52,502 bases of DNA, taken from assembly GCA_947168085.1 (NCBI GenBank), contig CAMVKM010000002.1:1-52502 (forward strand). Reading direction: 5' to 3'. The translations under genes were made by a program, and so were the position numbers. This DNA is from an uncultured Clostridia bacterium (GTDB lineage Bacteria; Bacillota; Clostridia; Christensenellales; UBA1242). Below the pieces are notes generated by a model that made no database searches, was not told where the DNA came from, and was given only the letters and a program-made list of their open reading frames with translations. This document shows, piece by piece, positions 7,552 through 16,309 of the stretch (positions within the stretch are counted from its first letter, which is position 1; each line of letters opens with the position of its first letter).

Positions 7552-8798
7552 CAATTTTCCCTTCCTTTTTGCCTGTTTTGTAGCTTTATTGTTTGTTTCC
7601 TTTCGCAATCAACATTGTGACGAACTTGTGCTTTTGTGTCTAAAAAGTTTAAGACATTACTGTAATCAGCTTTTTTGTAATTTTCAAAATGAGACAAAAA
7701 CACATCAAGAGTGTTAAATTTTTGAATTGCTTGAATGTTTTTTTGCATTTTTGCATAAAGTTTTTTGTCAGTTAAAAGTTTTGAAACATTTTGTGAAATT
7801 GAATTTTGTTTATCAACACTTAGTGCAACTCCCATCTTAACCAAATACTCTTTGTTGTGAACTTCTTGTTGTGGAAGTTTGTCAAGTAAAATCATTGGAA
7901 GCGATTTTGTGAGTGCTTCGGTTGTTGTTAGGCCACCTGCTTTCATAAGTATTGCATCCCCTGCAGAAAAAAGCATTGGCAAATCATCAACAAAACCAAA
8001 GTTTTTTACATCATGAATTAAATGATTTTTTGCAAGAATCTTGTCCAAACTTTTTTTAGCTTTTTTGTCTTTTCCATTCCAAACAACAATTTGAATTGGT
8101 GTCTTTATTTTTTTAAATTCATTTACAAGTTTTTTAGTGCTTAAAGGGAAAAAACTTGCTCTTGAAACCAAAAGTGTGAATCTATCTTCAAGTCCCAATA
8201 TTTTTCTTGCATTTTCTTTTGTTTCTTTTTTCGAAAATCCGTCATCAATCGGAATTCCAGACACAACCAATTGTTTTTCAGAAAAACCACGTTTTAAAAA
8301 TTGATTTTTCATGTAAAAATCAGTCAAAAACATTTCATCCATAGCTGTGGCACATTCCCAATAAGGTGAAATGCCATAGTCAAGAGTCATGCAAACAACT
8401 GTTGCTGGAATTTTGTAATATCTTCTTAAATTTGTAAGAGCAACAGCTCCAAAAATGTAGGTGCTTACTACAATGTCTGGTTTGTAATCATAGATTTCTT
8501 TAAGCATTCCATACATGATGCAATAACTTTCATGATTGGCTTTTGATTTATCACGATTTTCATAGTCACTTTTTTCACTTTTTTTGAAAAAATAATTGTA
8601 TATTCCAACAATATGATTACATGCAAGAGCGTAGCCCTTGCTCATTGTCCAAGCTTTTAATTTGCTTGCATAAGTTTTGTACATATCAACAATTTTAATT
8701 TCAGCATTTGGATGTTTAGACAGCACTTTCATTTTAAGTTTTTGTGCTGTTGAATTGTGTCCATTTCCTGCTGATGCTGTAAAAATTAAAATTTTCAT
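7551..8798 (-). CDS. Diacylglycerol glycosyltransferase (MGDG synthase / UgtP-like, GT28 family)
   Basis: MKILIFTASAGNGHNSTAQKL has the N-terminal G-rich motif of the MGDG-synthase family. The C-terminal half has GT-B motifs (AGDAILMKAGGLTTTEAL). The preferred start is ATG 8798 with AAGGA upstream. The track start at 8864 would overlap the upstream gene. Confidence 0.75.
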   Translation of the reverse strand: MKILIFTASAGNGHNSTAQKLKMKVLSKHPNAEIKIVDMYKTYASKLKAWTMSKGYALACNHIVGIYNYFFKKSEKSDYENRDKSKANHESYCIMYGMLKEIYDYKPDIVVSTYIFGAVALTNLRRYYKIPATVVCMTLDYGISPYWECATAMDEMFLTDFYMKNQFLKRGFSEKQLVVSGIPIDDGFSKKETKENARKILGLEDRFTLLVSRASFFPLSTKKLVNEFKKIKTPIQIVVWNGKDKKAKKSLDKILAKNHLIHDVKNFGFVDDLPMLFSAGDAILMKAGGLTTTEALTKSLPMILLDKLPQQEVHNKEYLVKMGVALSVDKQNSISQNVSKLLTDKKLYAKMQKNIQAIQKFNTLDVFLSHFENYKKADYSNVLNFLDTKAQVRHNVDCERKQTIKLQNRQKGREN

Positions 8799-8818
8799 AA
8801 AAATTTTTGTCCTTAAGT

Positions 8819-9478
8819 TTACTTTAATTTCTTTATTTTGTTTGTAACAACTGGACCAACCCAATTGTCTTCACGCTTTATGGCATAATCACTTTGACCA
8901 ATGTCAAGTTTTCGAAGAATTTTGTTGTATTTTGGAAGCCATTTTTTGATGATTTTAATAACTTCATCAGCTGTTGTTACTGGCCAAACTTTGTCTTCCT
9001 TAAAGCTGTAACGATTGTTGTCATCTAGTGGCTGGCCAGCCACCTTTGCGCTCCAACCTTCAACATTGGTGTAAGCAATTAAAAGCCTTGCATGTTTCCA
9101 AGCAGCGCTAATTTCCATAAGAGTTCCACTTCCACCACCAATCGCAACAACAACTGGACTGTTGCCAACAATGCAATCACGATACTCTTCAAGCCCTGTT
9201 GCAATTGTAATGTCTGCAAAGTCATTAACCGCATTTTCGTCATAGCTTGGACCAATTGCAATTGTGTCACCTTCACGATAGTTTGAACTTGCGTGCGCTC
9301 CCGCCATTGCTGCTCTCATAACACCACGTCCACCACCTGTCATAACTCTAAAACCATTGTCAACCAATGCTTTTCCAAGATCATAAGCAAGCTTCCATTT
9401 TTGTTTGTCTTCTGGCTTGCAACTTTCATACCAACAAGCAGCATTCCCAATCACTGACACAATCATTCTTCTTTTCAT
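8819..9478 (-). CDS. LOG / TIGR00725-like Rossmann-fold protein (lysine-decarboxylase-like family)
   Basis: Motifs VMTGGGRGVMRAAMAGA and VVAIGGGSGTLMEIS correspond to GGGxGxM and GGxGTxxE of the LOG/SLOG fold. Confidence 0.65.
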   Translation of the reverse strand: MKRRMIVSVIGNAACWYESCKPEDKQKWKLAYDLGKALVDNGFRVMTGGGRGVMRAAMAGAHASSNYREGDTIAIGPSYDENAVNDFADITIATGLEEYRDCIVGNSPVVVAIGGGSGTLMEISAAWKHARLLIAYTNVEGWSAKVAGQPLDDNNRYSFKEDKVWPVTTADEVIKIIKKWLPKYNKILRKLDIGQSDYAIKREDNWVGPVVTNKIKKLK

Positions 9479-9487
9479 AATGTCTCC

Positions 9488-10930
9488 TTATTTTTTAATA
9501 ACAGTTGTTGTTCCATCTTTGTTATCAACAAGATCATAACCTAAATTTAAAATTTGTTTTTTTATTTCATCAGCACTTGCAAAATCTTTTGCTTTCCTAA
9601 ATTCATTTCGTTTGTCTACAAGTTCTTGAACCTTTTTATCAACAACATTGTCATCTTTTTTTTCTTCTTTTTGGTGCAAAAAATCAAAAACTTTAAAAAT
9701 ACTGTCAATTTTTACAAAAAATTCAGTAATTTCTGTAACATTTTTTGCATCAAAAGAATTTTGTGAAATTAACTCATTTGCTTTTTTAACAAATCCAAAA
9801 ATTTCAGAAAGCGCATTTGGTGTGTTAAAATCATCATCCATTTGCTCTTCAAATTTTGTTTTAAATGTTTCTAGTTCTTCTTGAAGCTTTGCGTTAAAAT
9901 CATTTCCAACTTGAGCATTTAATTTTGTGAAAAAGTTTTCAATCTTTTTGTATTCAGCACCAATCGAATCAAGCAGTGCAGAAGAAAAAGCAAGTGGGCT
10001 GCGATAGTGAGAAAAAGCACACATCCACCTAAGTTTTAATGCTCCATATTTTTGTATAGCATCTTCAACTGTCACATAATTGCCTTTTGACTTACTCATT
10101 TTTGTTCCATCTTCTGCGTTAAGCATGCCTGTGTGAACCCAATATTTTGCTGGCATTCCACAGCCAAGAGCTGCGCTTTGTGCAATTTCATTTTCATGAT
10201 GTGGAAATTGAAGTTCTCTGCCACCACCATGTATATCAAAATTTGCCCCTAAATACTTTTGACTCATAACAGAACATTCTATGTGCCAACCAGGATAGCC
10301 AACACCCCATGGGCTGTTCCATTTTAAAACACTGTTTGATTGTGCTTTTTTCCAAACCGCAAAATCATAAGGTGTGTGTTTTCTTTTATCACAGTCAATT
10401 CTTGCGCCCGCACTCAATTTTTCAACTGTGTTTCCACTTAAAATTCCATAGTTTTTAATTTTTGAAACATCAAGATAAACATTTCCGTCAAGCTCATAAG
10501 CAAAGCCATTTTCAATCATTTTTTTAACTGCTTCAATAATTTCAACAACATGGCCAGTTGCCCTTGGTGAAATGTTTGGACGGCGGCATCTTACAGCATC
10601 AAGACCTTCCCACATTCCTTTTATGTTCATGTCAACAAGTTCAAGTGGATGAACATTTTCATCTTTGGCTTTTAGCTCTATTTTGTCTTCACCTTCATCA
10701 GCATCACCAACAACAGAACCCACATCTGTGATGTTTCTAACATACATAACTTTGTAATTTTTAAAATACTTAAAATATTCTGCCATAACATCATAAGCCA
10801 CATAAGACCTGATATGACCTAAATGAATTGGAGCATAAACAGTTACTCCACAAACATACATACGAACTTCGCCTTCATGAATAGGCACAAAATCTTCTTT
10901 TGTTTTTGTTAATGTGTTATATATTTTCAT
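9488..10930 (-). CDS. cysS: Cysteine--tRNA ligase
   Basis: Class I HIGH motif (PIHLGHIRSY), KMSKS motif present verbatim (TKMSKSKGN), the conserved WHIECS zinc-site region, and a typical length of 480 aa. Confidence 0.93.
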   Translation of the reverse strand: MKIYNTLTKTKEDFVPIHEGEVRMYVCGVTVYAPIHLGHIRSYVAYDVMAEYFKYFKNYKVMYVRNITDVGSVVGDADEGEDKIELKAKDENVHPLELVDMNIKGMWEGLDAVRCRRPNISPRATGHVVEIIEAVKKMIENGFAYELDGNVYLDVSKIKNYGILSGNTVEKLSAGARIDCDKRKHTPYDFAVWKKAQSNSVLKWNSPWGVGYPGWHIECSVMSQKYLGANFDIHGGGRELQFPHHENEIAQSAALGCGMPAKYWVHTGMLNAEDGTKMSKSKGNYVTVEDAIQKYGALKLRWMCAFSHYRSPLAFSSALLDSIGAEYKKIENFFTKLNAQVGNDFNAKLQEELETFKTKFEEQMDDDFNTPNALSEIFGFVKKANELISQNSFDAKNVTEITEFFVKIDSIFKVFDFLHQKEEKKDDNVVDKKVQELVDKRNEFRKAKDFASADEIKKQILNLGYDLVDNKDGTTTVIKK

Positions 10931-10977
10931 TTTCTTACCTCAAAATTGTTTTACGCTAAAACAATACAATTTGACAA

Positions 10978-12564
10978 CTAATTTCTATATTTTTCCAAAA
11001 AAGTTTCATAATCACACATGCGGTCAACAAGTTTACCATCTTTAATTTCAAAAATTCGATTTGCAATACTCTGCAATAGCTCATGGTCATGTGATGAAAA
11101 AAGCAAAACACCTTTAAAATCAGACATGCCATTGTTAAGCGCTGTGATGCTTTCAAGGTCAAGGTGGTTGGTTGGTTGATCCATTAAAATAACATTTGAA
11201 CCTTCAACCATTGTTTTAGACATCATACATCTAACTTTTTCTCCACCAGACAACACTTTAACTTGTTTGTTTGCATCATCTCCAGAAAAAAGCATTCTAC
11301 CCAAAAATCCACGCAAAAAAGTTCCGTCTTTTTCTTTGCTAAACTGTGCCAGCCAATCAACAATTTTTAGTTCATTGTTAAAGTAAGAACTTTGATCTTT
11401 TGGAAGATAACTAACCTGAGTGCTTTTTCCCCATTCAATTTTTCCACTTTCTGGCAAAACTTCGCCAGCCAAAAGTTTGAAAAACGCCGTTACCGCATTT
11501 TCATTGTCACCTAAAATTGCAATTTTATCATCTTTGTTTACCCTAAAAGACACTTTGTCTAAAACCTTTTTACCTTCAAGAGTAAAACTAACTTCATCAA
11601 AAAACAAAATTTCTTTTCCAAGTTCTTTTTCAAATTTAAAATTAATGTAAGGATATTTTCTGTTTGATGCGGGCATTTCTTCAATCTGGATTTTTTCAAG
11701 CATCTTTTTTCGGCTTGTTGCCTGACGAGCCATGCTTTTGTTTGCTCCAAAACGGCGAATAAATGCTTTTAATTCTTCAATCTTTTTTTCTTTTGCCATG
11801 TTTTGCTGTTTTGTTAATTGTTGCATAAGTTGACTTGATTGATACCAAAAATCATAGTTTCCAACCCACATTGTAATTTTGCCATAGTCAACATCAACAG
11901 TGTGTGTGCAAACAGTGTTCAAAAAGTGACGGTCATGAGACACAACAATAACCGTTCCCTCATAATCAAGCAAAAAATCTTCAAGCCAATGAATGCTTTT
12001 TTCATCCATGTGGTTTGTTGGTTCATCCAAAAGCAAAATATCAGGATTTCCAAAAAGAGCTTGTGCAAGCAAAACTTTAACCTTTATGGAACCATTTAGG
12101 TTATGCATCATTTCATAATGCAAATTTTCTGGAATCAAAAGTCCATTTAAAAGTTTTGCAGCATCACTTTCAGCATCCCATCCACCCATTTCGGCAAACT
12201 CTTGTTCAAGTTGTGCAGCCAAATTTCCATCTTCTTCTGAAAAATCTGGTTTCATGTAAAGGGCTTCTTTTTGCTTCATGATGTCGTAAAGTTTTTGGTT
12301 ACCCATAATCACAGTGTCCATAACACTGAATTCATCAAATTGAAAGTGATCTTGTTTTAAAACGGACATACGAAGTTTTGGCGGAATTTCAATAAAACCT
12401 TTGCTTGCTTCAAGATTTCCGGAAAGTAATCTTAAAAATGTTGATTTGCCTGCTCCATTTGCCCCAATAACACCATAACAGTTGCCTGGTGTGAATTTTA
12501 GGTTTACATCTTTAAAAAGTGGTTGTCCACCAAAGGACAATTCAAGGTTGCTAACCGTTATCAT
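10978..12564 (-). CDS. ABC-F family ATPase (YbiT-like, two nucleotide-binding domains, no TM domain)
   Basis: NBD1 has Walker A GANGAGKST and Walker B ILLLDEPTNHMD. A basic linker follows (RRFGANKSMARQATSRKK). NBD2 has the signature LSGGEKVR. NBD2's Walker A is degenerate (GDNENAVT) and its Walker B reads ILMDQ. The gene ends in a TAG stop. Confidence 0.85.
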   Translation of the reverse strand: MITVSNLELSFGGQPLFKDVNLKFTPGNCYGVIGANGAGKSTFLRLLSGNLEASKGFIEIPPKLRMSVLKQDHFQFDEFSVMDTVIMGNQKLYDIMKQKEALYMKPDFSEEDGNLAAQLEQEFAEMGGWDAESDAAKLLNGLLIPENLHYEMMHNLNGSIKVKVLLAQALFGNPDILLLDEPTNHMDEKSIHWLEDFLLDYEGTVIVVSHDRHFLNTVCTHTVDVDYGKITMWVGNYDFWYQSSQLMQQLTKQQNMAKEKKIEELKAFIRRFGANKSMARQATSRKKMLEKIQIEEMPASNRKYPYINFKFEKELGKEILFFDEVSFTLEGKKVLDKVSFRVNKDDKIAILGDNENAVTAFFKLLAGEVLPESGKIEWGKSTQVSYLPKDQSSYFNNELKIVDWLAQFSKEKDGTFLRGFLGRMLFSGDDANKQVKVLSGGEKVRCMMSKTMVEGSNVILMDQPTNHLDLESITALNNGMSDFKGVLLFSSHDHELLQSIANRIFEIKDGKLVDRMCDYETFLEKYRN

Positions 12565-12584
12565 GCTATTTCTCCTTTCATTTT

Positions 12585-14333
12585 TTAATCTTCTTTAATA
12601 TCAACTTTTATGTGTGCTTCAGAAAGTTGTTTGTCAGTAACTGTGCTTGGTGCGTTTGTAAGTGGATCATATGCTGACTTGTTTAATGGAAATGGAATAA
12701 CTTCTTTGATGCTAACTTCATCAAGAAGAAGCATAAGTGTTCTGTCAATTCCAGGAGCCATTCCTGCGTGTGGTGGAGCACCATATTTAAACGCATCATA
12801 AAGTGCGCCAAATTTTGCTCTAACAACATCTGCGCCATAACCAACAACTTCAAACATTTTTTCCATAACTTCGCAGTTGTGATTTCTAACTGCTCCACTT
12901 GCAAGTTCATAGCCATTACAAACCAAATCCCATTGATCTGCTTGCATTTCCAAAACTGGCTTTTCAAATGCTTTCATTCCACCTTTTGGTTGAGAGAATG
13001 GGTTGTGAGCAAAATCAAGTTCACCATCATCATTGAGTTCATAAAGTGGAAAATCTGTAATCCAACAAAATGCATAAGTGTTTGGATCACAAAGGTTTAA
13101 ACGCTCGCCAAGTTCTTTTCTTAAAATTCCAGCAAGTTTTGTTGTCATTGCTTTTTTACCTGCAAGCATAAAAATTGAACTTCCAACATGTGCGTCTAAA
13201 ATTTTAACAAGTGCCTGTTTTTCTTCATCTGTCAAAAATTTAGCAATTGGGCTGTTAAATTCAAGGCCATCTTCAACTTTTATCCAAGCAAGTCCTTTGC
13301 TTTGATTGTTAATCATAAATGTTGTAAGGTTGTCATAAAAAGATCTTGGTTGTCCTGCAAGATTAGGAACACAAATTGCTTTTACTGTGCTGTTTTTAAA
13401 GGCATTAAAACCAGTGTTTTCAAAAACTTTAGAAACATCTTTAATTTCAAGTGGGTTTCTAAGATCTGGTTTATCTGTTCCAAAACGCTCCAAACTTTCA
13501 AAGTAAGGAATGCGTGGAAAAGGTGCTTTTGTCATTGTTTTTTTGCTAAAATGACCAAACAAGTCTGTGTAAAGTTTTTCACCAATTTCAAACCAATCTT
13601 CTTGAGTTGAAAAAGCCATTTCCATGTCAAGTTGATAAAATTCTCCAGCAGCGCGATCTGCTCTGGCGTCTTCATCTCTAAAACATGGGGCAATTTGGAA
13701 ATATTTGTCAAAACCACTAACCATTAAAAGTTGTTTGAAAACTTGTGGTGATTGTGGAAGTGCATAAAACTTTCCTGGGTGTTGACGTGCTGGAATAATA
13801 AAATCACGAGCACCCTCTGGACTGCTTGCGGTGATGATTGGTGTAGAAATTTCCAAAAAACCCATTGATTTCATTTCTTGACGCATGAAATCAATAACTT
13901 GGCTTCTAAAAATAATGTTTTTGAAAAGTTCTGGATTTCTTAAATCCAAAAAGCGATACTTAAGTCTAACATCTTCTCTAACATTTTTGCTGTCTTCAAT
14001 TTCAAAAGGAAGAGGGGCATAAACAGCTCCAAGAACTTCAATGTCATCAGCAAAAACTTCAATTTCTCCAGTTGAAAGCTTTGGGTTAATGTTGTCTTCT
14101 CCACGAAGTCTAACCACCCCTTTTGCGCTAATAACAGCCTCACGGCTAACGCCCGAAAGTTTTTGGCTGTCACCAACAACAATTTGCACAATTCCACTTT
14201 GGTCTCTTAAGTCAACAAAAGTAATTCCACCGTGATCTCTAATTGTGCTTACCCAACCAGCAAGTTTGACAACTTGTCCAACTTGAGTTTTTGAAACTTC
14301 TCCACATTTTTGTGTTCGATATGTGTTTGTCAT
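12585..14333 (-). CDS. aspS: Aspartate--tRNA ligase (bacterial type with insertion domain)
   Basis: N-terminal OB-fold region (VKLAGWVSTIRDHGGITFVDLRD), class II motifs (FRDEDARADR, GAPPHAGMAPGIDR), length 582 aa. The preferred start is ATG 14333 (MTNTYRTQKCGE) with AGGAG upstream. The track's 14429 start adds 32 implausible residues and overlaps the promoter. Confidence 0.93.
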   Translation of the reverse strand: MTNTYRTQKCGEVSKTQVGQVVKLAGWVSTIRDHGGITFVDLRDQSGIVQIVVGDSQKLSGVSREAVISAKGVVRLRGEDNINPKLSTGEIEVFADDIEVLGAVYAPLPFEIEDSKNVREDVRLKYRFLDLRNPELFKNIIFRSQVIDFMRQEMKSMGFLEISTPIITASSPEGARDFIIPARQHPGKFYALPQSPQVFKQLLMVSGFDKYFQIAPCFRDEDARADRAAGEFYQLDMEMAFSTQEDWFEIGEKLYTDLFGHFSKKTMTKAPFPRIPYFESLERFGTDKPDLRNPLEIKDVSKVFENTGFNAFKNSTVKAICVPNLAGQPRSFYDNLTTFMINNQSKGLAWIKVEDGLEFNSPIAKFLTDEEKQALVKILDAHVGSSIFMLAGKKAMTTKLAGILRKELGERLNLCDPNTYAFCWITDFPLYELNDDGELDFAHNPFSQPKGGMKAFEKPVLEMQADQWDLVCNGYELASGAVRNHNCEVMEKMFEVVGYGADVVRAKFGALYDAFKYGAPPHAGMAPGIDRTLMLLLDEVSIKEVIPFPLNKSAYDPLTNAPSTVTDKQLSEAHIKVDIKED

Positions 14334-14370
14334 GTTTGTTTTTCTCCTAAAAATTTGATTTATAACTAAT

Positions 14371-14399
14371 ATTATACTCCAAAACAAAAAATATTTCAA
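14371..14399 (-). promoter_or_regulatory. Near-consensus sigma-70/SigA promoter for the aspS operon
   Basis: Minus strand reads TTGAAA (14399..14394), exactly 17 nt spacer, TATAAT (14376..14371). The leader to the ATG at 14333 is only about 30 nt. Confidence 0.65.
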
Positions 14400-14568
14400 G
14401 TAATTTAGGTGATATTCTTGTAAAAACAAGCAAATTCATGTTTGATGATTTTGGGTCAAATCCACAAATTGCTTTTTGCTTTGCGATTTTAACTCAAAAA
14501 TTTTAAAACAAAAAACGATTAAAACTGTTTTTTGAAAACTTCAAAAAAATGCCGATTAAATCTGAATT

Positions 14569-14605
14569 ATAACACATGTTATCAAACAAAAATAACAAGT
14601 GTTAT
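14569..14605. promoter_or_regulatory. Two copies of the palindrome ATAACA-N2-TGTTAT (possible operator pair)
   Basis: ATAACAcaTGTTAT at 14569..14582 and ATAACAagTGTTAT at 14592..14605, with centres 23 nt apart. They lie in the intergenic region between a terminator and the aspS promoter. Confidence 0.3.
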
Positions 14606-14642
14606 AAGATTTGTGTTTAAATTTGTTTTGTTTTTACACAAC

Positions 14643-14676
14643 AAAAAAACAAGAGCCTAAAACTCTTGCTTTTTTA
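14643..14676 (-). terminator. Rho-independent terminator ending the giant-protein operon
   Basis: Hairpin CAAGAG / 7-nt loop / CTCTTG, with A/T runs on both sides. On the minus strand it is followed by a T7 run. It begins 28 nt after the stop at 14704. Confidence 0.7.
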
Positions 14677-14703
14677 TGTTTTGTGAGATTAATTTTTTTA
14701 ATG

Positions 14704-16245
14704 TTACATTGAAAGTGTGTCGTCCAAAACTTGAGACACAGCATCAACTGCATCATCTGCAACTGAATCAAGAACTTCTGAAACTTTTGGTTTTGATGCT
14801 TTTGTTTCTTGAATGTGATTTAAAATGTCTTCAAAAGTGCTGTCTGCGTCCATGTCTTGTGCCTTGTCATCAACAAGCATGTTTGTAACAAGCAAATCCA
14901 TGTCAAAGTCGTCAGCTGACAAACTTTCAAAGTACTCTTGTTGCAAAGCTTTAATTGCTTGGTTGTAATCATCAACTGTTGCAAAATACTCTCTAAAATT
15001 TGAGTCTGATTCATTATAAAGTTTTTCAAATTCGCTCAACTGCTCATCGGTTGCCAAAGATTTAAATTTGTCAATAAAAACATTAACTTGTTCCTGAGCA
15101 GTAAATGAATTTGCTAAAACATCATATTTGTGATCAAGAAGAAACTCATCTATTGAATATTTATGACCATTAAACACGAAATCTTCATAGGCAATGTCCC
15201 TATACTCTCTTCCAACAAACCCGCTATCACTAGGAACATAAAAAATGTTTTGCACATTAATCTCAATACCACGATCATGATAAGCTTTTGTTAAATTTGG
15301 AAAATTTTCAGTAAATTCATCAATAAATCTTGGTCCATCAGTCTCTTGAATACACTCACATTCTTGAAGTGTTTTCACACAAAAAGAAACAAGATTGTCA
15401 TCCAAATCTCGAACAAAGCCATTCACTCCACCACAAGTGCCTTTTTTGCCAGTAATATCGAATTCTGTGATGTTTGCACAATCTGTTGTAAGAAAATCTT
15501 CCAAATTTTGGTAAGATTCATCAATTTTTTCAATCAATGGTGCAAGTTTTTGGTTTGTTTTTGCCGCAAGTTCCTCAACTTGTTGTTGATAGGTTTTTGA
15601 AGAAAGCATTTCCACAACTTTTTCTTCAATTTCTGGCTTTCCTACATATTGTCCTGAAAGATTTGTTTCAATGATGTTTTCAATTTCATTTTCAGACATT
15701 TGTGGCTCATAAGGGTTGGTTACTGGAATCTCAAGTTTTTCGGGCAGAACAATTTCTGGAGCATCAGGAAGAGTCACATCTTTTTGCATTTGATTAAGTG
15801 CCACATAGGCACCAACTCCTGCAGCTGCAGCAACGCCAACACCCACAGCAGCCACTTTTGCTTTTGATTTGCCTTTTTTTAGGCTAGCTGGAGACACTGC
15901 TTCAAGTTTTTTGGATTCGTCCAAAAGTGTTTTTTCAAAATCAGCATAGGCGCTTGCTGGATTTGCCATTGAAGCAAACTCGGCTTCAACAGAATCTTTT
16001 CCAAATTTTTCTTCAATTTGTTTTGCATTTTTTTCACTTTCTTTTAGTTTTTGTGCTTTTGCATAAACTTTTGCACGGCTTTTGTCTCGTTGGTCCAAAA
16101 ACGCTTTGTAGGAAGCTTTGTCTTCAAAACCTTTTGATTCAAAATCTTCTAGTTTAGCTTCTCGTTCCTTTTCTACTTCTTTTAATGTTTTTTTAAATTT
16201 TCGTTGTTTTAACAATGGTTTTACAACCGGAATTGGATTTGGCAT
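14704..16245 (-). CDS. Bitopic membrane protein of unknown function: basic coiled N-terminal region, Gly/Ala-zipper TM helix, acidic ectodomain
   Basis: The track ORF starts at GTG 16251. ATG 16245 has AAGGAG 9 nt upstream. Residues 1-130 are K/E-rich. The TM helix is KVAAVGVGVAAAAGVGAYVAL (about 15796..15858). The roughly 360-aa C-terminal domain is strongly acidic with a 6-Cys cluster (TDCANI..GTCGG..SFCVKTLQECECIQ). I recognise no family. Confidence 0.7.
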   Translation of the reverse strand: MPNPIPVVKPLLKQRKFKKTLKEVEKEREAKLEDFESKGFEDKASYKAFLDQRDKSRAKVYAKAQKLKESEKNAKQIEEKFGKDSVEAEFASMANPASAYADFEKTLLDESKKLEAVSPASLKKGKSKAKVAAVGVGVAAAAGVGAYVALNQMQKDVTLPDAPEIVLPEKLEIPVTNPYEPQMSENEIENIIETNLSGQYVGKPEIEEKVVEMLSSKTYQQQVEELAAKTNQKLAPLIEKIDESYQNLEDFLTTDCANITEFDITGKKGTCGGVNGFVRDLDDNLVSFCVKTLQECECIQETDGPRFIDEFTENFPNLTKAYHDRGIEINVQNIFYVPSDSGFVGREYRDIAYEDFVFNGHKYSIDEFLLDHKYDVLANSFTAQEQVNVFIDKFKSLATDEQLSEFEKLYNESDSNFREYFATVDDYNQAIKALQQEYFESLSADDFDMDLLVTNMLVDDKAQDMDADSTFEDILNHIQETKASKPKVSEVLDSVADDAVDAVSQVLDDTLSM

Positions 16246-16309
16246 AAACACATTCTCCTTTTTTTATGTCTGGTAAATTGTATCACAAAACTTTAATTTT
16301 GTCAAGTTT

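Noticed and set aside
7552-7608. A longer start for the zinc-ribbon protein (MRKETNNKATKQAKRKGKL...).
   Set aside because: It would overlap the GT28 gene by 58 nt. The ATG at 7551 forms a TGATG stop/start overlap and begins right before the CxxC motif. The longer form cannot be fully excluded.
10956-11162. A 68-aa minus-strand ORF overlapping the 3' end of the ABC-F gene.
   Set aside because: It is an out-of-frame overlap with a well-conserved gene, and its sequence is implausible.
14334-14429. A 32-residue N-terminal extension of AspS in the track ORF.
   Set aside because: The extension is hydrophobic nonsense (MFLQEYHLNYLKYFLFWSIILVINQIF) that overlaps the promoter. The ATG at 14333 has an AGGAG RBS and gives the conserved AspS N-terminus.
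14334-14703. A possible T-box riboswitch or leader upstream of aspS.
   Set aside because: A near-consensus promoter sits only about 30 nt upstream of the start codon. No GC-rich T-box or antiterminator sequence is visible on either strand of the 370-nt region.
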